Source of the DNA: Alistipes sp.
Lineage (GTDB): Bacteria; Bacteroidota; Bacteroidia; Bacteroidales; Rikenellaceae
DNA: 64,000 bases
Direction: 5' to 3'
NCBI GenBank assembly: GCA_029060215.1
Contig: JAIDUK010000035.1
Span: 13,235-77,234 of the forward strand
Every line of letters starts with the position of its first letter. The stretch's first letter is position 1. Positions 59,038 to 64,000 of this stretch are shown here, one piece after another. A program made the position numbers and the translations under genes. Under the pieces are notes generated by a model, which worked only from the letters and a program-made list of their open reading frames with translations, did no database searches and had not been told where the DNA came from.

Positions 59038-60240
59038 TTATTTCACCAGATTGTATGTATCGGTGGCGATGACCAACTCCTCGTTGGTAGCCACGACGGC
59101 GACCTTCACCTTGGAATCAGCGGCCGAGAGGATCTTGTCCACCCCGCGGGCGCCGGCGTTGGCGCTCTTGTCGAAATGCACGCCCATGAACTCCAAACCC
59201 GAGCATACGGACTCGCGCATTTCGCACGAATTCTCGCCCACGCCGCCCGTGAAGACGATCAGGTCCACGCCGCCCATTTCGGCCGCGTATTCGCCGATGA
59301 ACTTCTTGATGCGATTGTAATACATGTCGCGCGCGAGGATGGCCCGCGGGTTGCCCTCGTTGTAAGCCCGGTCGATGTCGCGCATGTCGCTCGAAATACC
59401 GGTCAGACCCTGCACGCCCGACTTCTTGTTCATCATGGTCTCCAACTGGGCGTAGGTCATGCCCTCCTTTTCGCCGATGAAGGTGACGGCGCTGGCGTCC
59501 ACCTGCCCGCAACGGGTGCCCATGACCAATCCGTCGAGGGGCGAGAAACCCATCGAAGTGTCGAAAGAACGCCCGTTCACGACGGCAGTCACCGAACCGC
59601 CGTTGCCGATGTGGCAGGTGATGATCTTCGACCGGTCGAAATCGATGCCGGCCAACTCTGCGCCGGCGCGGGCGACGTACTTATGGCTCGTGCCGTGGAA
59701 CCCGTATTTGCGGACCCTGTATTTCTCGTAGTATTCGTAGGGCAGGGCATACATATAATTGACGGCCGGGATGGTCTGGTGGAACGACGTGTCGAACACC
59801 GTAGCCTGAGGCACGCCCGGCAACACCTGCTCGATGGCCCGGATGCCCTCCAGACTTGCGGGGTTGTGCAACGGAGCGATCTGGCACAACGAACGGATCT
59901 TCTCCTTGGTGTCTTCGTTGACCAGACAACTCTGGGGGAAGAACTCGCCGCCGTGGGCCACGCGGTGGCCTACGGCCTTGACCTCGTCCAACGACCCGAT
60001 GACCCCGTGCGCGGGGTCGGTCAGGGCCGCCATCACCAGTTCGATTCCCGTCGTGTGGTCGGGGATGGGGCGGTGCAGCTCGAAGGGCTCTTTGCCGACG
60101 GGTTTGTGCGTCAGGTCGCCTTCCGCCAGTCCGATACGTTCTACAAGACCTTTTGCGAGCAGTTTGCCCGATGCCGCTTCCATGTCGATCACCTGATATT
60201 TGATCGACGAGGAGCCGCAGTTGAGTACCAGTATTACCAT
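59038..60240 (-). CDS. ackA: Acetate kinase
   Basis: VLNCGSSSIKYQ, GHRVAHGG, APLHNP, FDTSFH, YGFHGTSH, TGGVGEN, ATNEELVIA. Confidence 0.96.
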   Translation of the reverse strand: MVILVLNCGSSSIKYQVIDMEAASGKLLAKGLVERIGLAEGDLTHKPVGKEPFELHRPIPDHTTGIELVMAALTDPAHGVIGSLDEVKAVGHRVAHGGEFFPQSCLVNEDTKEKIRSLCQIAPLHNPASLEGIRAIEQVLPGVPQATVFDTSFHQTIPAVNYMYALPYEYYEKYRVRKYGFHGTSHKYVARAGAELAGIDFDRSKIITCHIGNGGSVTAVVNGRSFDTSMGFSPLDGLVMGTRCGQVDASAVTFIGEKEGMTYAQLETMMNKKSGVQGLTGISSDMRDIDRAYNEGNPRAILARDMYYNRIKKFIGEYAAEMGGVDLIVFTGGVGENSCEMRESVCSGLEFMGVHFDKSANAGARGVDKILSAADSKVKVAVVATNEELVIATDTYNLVK

Positions 60241-60442
60241 TTTAAGTATGAATTGATAACGTTAAGAAACGAATGATAACATAAATGTAGGCAAATTTAT
60301 ACGATCGTGCAAATTTATGCAAAAAAATAGTTGCGGTCCGAAGAAATTTTGTTCGAACAGGCGGAAAAATTAGCGGATCGTGCGGAACGGGCGGCGGCAT
60401 GGGGCAGGCAGGGCGAACCGCGGGGCGGCAGCTGCCGCCCGC

Positions 60443-61108
60443 TCAGGGCTCGTAGCGGTAGCCGACCCCCTTGACCGTCGTGATGCGCCCTTCGCCGATC
60501 TTCTGCCGCAGCTTGCGGATGTGCACGTCGATCGTACGGTCGCCCACCACCACCTCGTGGCCCCAGATGCGGGCGTAGATCTCTTCGCGGGGAATCAACT
60601 TGCCGGGCGAGGAGATCAACAAATCCAAGAGGGCGAACTCCTTGCGCGGCAGGGTGATCTCGCGCTCGCCGCACCGCACCGTGTAACGCTCGCGGTCGAT
60701 GGCGATGGCGGTCTGCGGCGGAGCGGGCCGGGTCTCTATCCGGTTGAGAATCGCCTTGACCCGGCTCACCAAGAGCTTCATGCGGATGGGCTTGACCAAG
60801 TAATCGTCGGCACCGGCGCCGAACCCGGTCAACTGCTGCTCCTCCTCGCCCAAGGCGGACATGAACACCACGATCGTACTGCGCAAACGCGGGTCGCGGC
60901 GGATGGCCCGGCAAGTCTGGGCGCCGTCCATGACGGGCATCATCCGGTCCAACAGAATCAGGTGGGGACGGCAGCGGGCGGCCGTCTCCAACGCTTCGGC
61001 CCCGTTCGAGGCGGTGAACACCTCGTAGCCCTCGCGCAAGAGGTTGTAGCGGACGAATTCGAGGATGTCGGCTTCGTCGTCGACCAACAATATGCGATAT
61101 TTCGTCAT
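60443..61108 (-). CDS. OmpR/PhoB-family response regulator (no adjacent kinase)
   Basis: ILLVDDE, LLDRMMP, ADDYLVKP, RTIDVHIRKLR, TVKGVGYR. Confidence 0.92.
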   Translation of the reverse strand: MTKYRILLVDDEADILEFVRYNLLREGYEVFTASNGAEALETAARCRPHLILLDRMMPVMDGAQTCRAIRRDPRLRSTIVVFMSALGEEEQQLTGFGAGADDYLVKPIRMKLLVSRVKAILNRIETRPAPPQTAIAIDRERYTVRCGEREITLPRKEFALLDLLISSPGKLIPREEIYARIWGHEVVVGDRTIDVHIRKLRQKIGEGRITTVKGVGYRYEP

Positions 61109-61200
61109 CTTCGGTTTGCTTTGGTTCGTGCTGGCGGAAAGCACTTATGCGAAGATACGAATTTTCCCCGGAAATCGTGCGGCGGCATGGGAAAAATGGT

Positions 61201-61208
61201 TATATTTG
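61201..61208 (+). promoter_or_regulatory. -7 promoter element (TAtaTTTG) for the DUF349 gene
   Basis: Consensus match about 50 bp upstream of ATG 61258. Confidence 0.6.
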
Positions 61209-61257
61209 CAGGATTCCTCAGCCTTCGTGGCGAGGAGATTCCAAAAACGCTATCGAG

Positions 61258-63396
61258 ATGGCTACCGAAAATCCTGCTCTCCATGCTCCTGAGGAGCATG
61301 TCAGCCCTGCGGCTGAAGATGTTCTGAACGCTCCTGCGGCCGAATTGCAAAGCGAACCGGCCGCAGCCGAAACCGCTCCGGACGCACCGGAGACCCCTGC
61401 CGGCGCGACGCCGGGCGATGCGCCCGAACCGGAAGTGCCCGCCGCATCCGACGAGGATGCGCCTGCGGAGACCGACCCGGGAACGGCAGCGCGGCCCCGC
61501 CGTCCCCGGATCAAGGCCGAAGCGGCGGAAGCGGCGGGCGAGGAGCCGACGGCGCTGCCCGAAGTCGATTTCTCGGAAGAAGACGCCGCGCTGGCCGCGT
61601 TGCGTGCCGGGCTCGAAATCGAAGGCGAGACCGCCGAGGAGAACGAAGCCGGAGCACAGACCGCGGCGGGCGAGACGTTCGCTGGCAAAGACAAGGACGA
61701 ACTGCTTGCCATCTTCGCGCGGCTGCTCGGCGAACGGCCCGTGCAGACCCTCCGTCGCGATGTCGAAGCCCTGAAGATCGCCTTCTACCGGCTGCGCCGC
61801 GCCGAGGTCGAGACGGCCCGCCGTGCGTTCGTCGAATCGGGCGAACCCGAAGAGGCTTTCATGGCCCCTGTCGACGATGCCGAAACGCGGTTCAAGGAAC
61901 TTTTCAAGCAATACCGCACCCGCCGCGACGAATTCATTGCGGGGCTCGAAGCCGAACAGGAGAACAACCTGCGCGTAAAACTTGCCATCATCGACGAACT
62001 CCGCGAACTGGTGTCGTCCGACGAGACGCTCAACCATACCTTCACCAAGTTCCGCGAATTGCAGAACCGCTGGAAGGAGACCGGACTTGTGCCGCAGGCC
62101 AACGTCAAGGATCTGTGGGAGACCTACAATCTGCATGTCGAGAATTTCTACAATTTCATCAAGATCAACAAGGAACTGCGCGACCTCGACCTGAAGAAGA
62201 ATTACGAACGGAAGATCGCCCTCTGCGAACAAGCCGAAGCGCTGATGCTCGAAGCGTCGGTGGTGGAGGCGTTCCGCAAACTGCAAAAACTGCACGACGA
62301 ATGGCGCGAGACGGGTCCTGTGGCCAACGAATTCAAGGAGACCCTGTGGGAACGCTTCCGGGCGGCTTCCACCCGCATCAACAAACTGCATCAGGAGTAT
62401 TTCGAAAACCTCAAGGCCGAACAGCAGAAGAATCTCGAACTCAAGACCGAACTGTGCGCCGCCTGCGAGGAACTGCTCTCGCAACCCCTTTCTTCGCGCA
62501 AGGAATGGAACCGCGCCAGCGAACGCCTGCTGGCGATCCAACAGACGTGGAAGAGCATCGGGTTCGCCCCCAAGAAAGACAACACCCGCATCTACGAACG
62601 CTTCCGCACCGCCTGCGACAAGTTCTTCGACGCCAAGCGGCGTTTCTACGCCGGGCTGAAGACCGAGATGGAACATAACCTGCAACTCAAGAACGAACTG
62701 TGCGAAGCGGCCGAATCGCTGGCCGGCAGCGAAGAGTGGAAGAAGACCACCGACGAACTCATAGCCTTGCAGGCCCGCTGGCGGGAGATCGGCGTAGTGT
62801 CGCGCCGCCACTCGGATGCTGTCTGGAAACGCTTCCGCACGGCCTGCGACAAGTTCTTCGAACGCAAGAGCGCCCATTTCGCGTCGGTCGGCGGCGAACA
62901 CGAAGAGAATTTGCAGAAGAAACTCGCCTTGCTCGACGAGATGCAGGCGGCCGACATCGAACAAGGCGGTTTCGACCTGATCCGCGATTTCCAGCGGCGG
63001 TGGGGCGAGATCGGGTTCGTGCCCATCAAACACAAGGACGCCGTTCAGAAACGCTACAAAGAAGTGGTCGACGGACTGTTCCGCACGGTGCGAGGCTCCG
63101 AACGCGACCGGCAGATGGAGCGTTTCCGCGAGAAGCTCTCTTCGCTCAAGGCTGCGGGCGGCAACCGGCTGCGCTCCGAACGCGAGAAACTGGCGGGCCG
63201 CATCCGCCAACTGGAACAGGAAGCCGCGCAACTCGAAAACAACATCGGCTTCTTCGCCCGCTCCAAGGGGGCCGAGGCTTTGATTGCCGAAGTGAAGTCC
63301 AAGATCGAACGCCTGCACGACGAAATCGCAGCGGCGCTCGGGAAACTCCGCGAAATCGACCGGCAGGCCCGCGAGGAACAATCCGGCAACCGATAG
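61258..63396 (+). CDS. DUF349-repeat protein
   Basis: Repeated W...G.V......LW.RF..A...F modules; acidic low-complexity N-terminus. Confidence 0.85.
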   Translation: MATENPALHAPEEHVSPAAEDVLNAPAAELQSEPAAAETAPDAPETPAGATPGDAPEPEVPAASDEDAPAETDPGTAARPRRPRIKAEAAEAAGEEPTALPEVDFSEEDAALAALRAGLEIEGETAEENEAGAQTAAGETFAGKDKDELLAIFARLLGERPVQTLRRDVEALKIAFYRLRRAEVETARRAFVESGEPEEAFMAPVDDAETRFKELFKQYRTRRDEFIAGLEAEQENNLRVKLAIIDELRELVSSDETLNHTFTKFRELQNRWKETGLVPQANVKDLWETYNLHVENFYNFIKINKELRDLDLKKNYERKIALCEQAEALMLEASVVEAFRKLQKLHDEWRETGPVANEFKETLWERFRAASTRINKLHQEYFENLKAEQQKNLELKTELCAACEELLSQPLSSRKEWNRASERLLAIQQTWKSIGFAPKKDNTRIYERFRTACDKFFDAKRRFYAGLKTEMEHNLQLKNELCEAAESLAGSEEWKKTTDELIALQARWREIGVVSRRHSDAVWKRFRTACDKFFERKSAHFASVGGEHEENLQKKLALLDEMQAADIEQGGFDLIRDFQRRWGEIGFVPIKHKDAVQKRYKEVVDGLFRTVRGSERDRQMERFREKLSSLKAAGGNRLRSEREKLAGRIRQLEQEAAQLENNIGFFARSKGAEALIAEVKSKIERLHDEIAAALGKLREIDRQAREEQSGNR

Positions 63397-63421
63397 AGAG
63401 AAACAAAGACAAACGATCCAT

Positions 63422-64000
<579 letters not shown>

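Overview
GC-rich Bacteroidota chromosomal window, most consistent with Alistipes/Rikenellaceae (gene content, TAnnTTTG promoters, SusC/SusD pair). Most genes are housekeeping: LytS/LytTR pair, acyl-CoA ligase, plsY, thiL, queE, hpt, the nadE-rseC-rnfBCDGEA operon, Nif3/zinc-ribbon genes, an RsmF-like methyltransferase, trkA, DEAD helicase, miaB, aroQ, pyk, ackA-ptb-buk and partial pyrG. The main accessory block (37.3-56.7 kb) is a hexuronate-linked polysaccharide utilisation locus: LacI, uxuB-like, uxuA, SusC, SusD, two lipoproteins, GH99-like, GH31, GH2 with a beta-glucuronidase motif, an acetyl esterase and a GH50-like enzyme. Its SusC is frameshifted at a G8 tract right after the signal peptide, which means phase variation or a sequencing error. 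Intergenic DNA carries several repeat layers: GTCAT-tagged REP-like hairpin mosaics at 8 loci, polar GTGAAAA heptamer tracts, and an AT-rich TIR element. An invariant 14-mer, GCTAAAACGTTTTA, occurs 7 times, including inside coding sequence. Mirror-image repeat clusters at about 6.9 and 33.4 kb flank a 26 kb segment that may be inverted. I saw no rRNA, tRNA, CRISPR array or transposase. All protein calls come from motif recognition only; no database searches were run.
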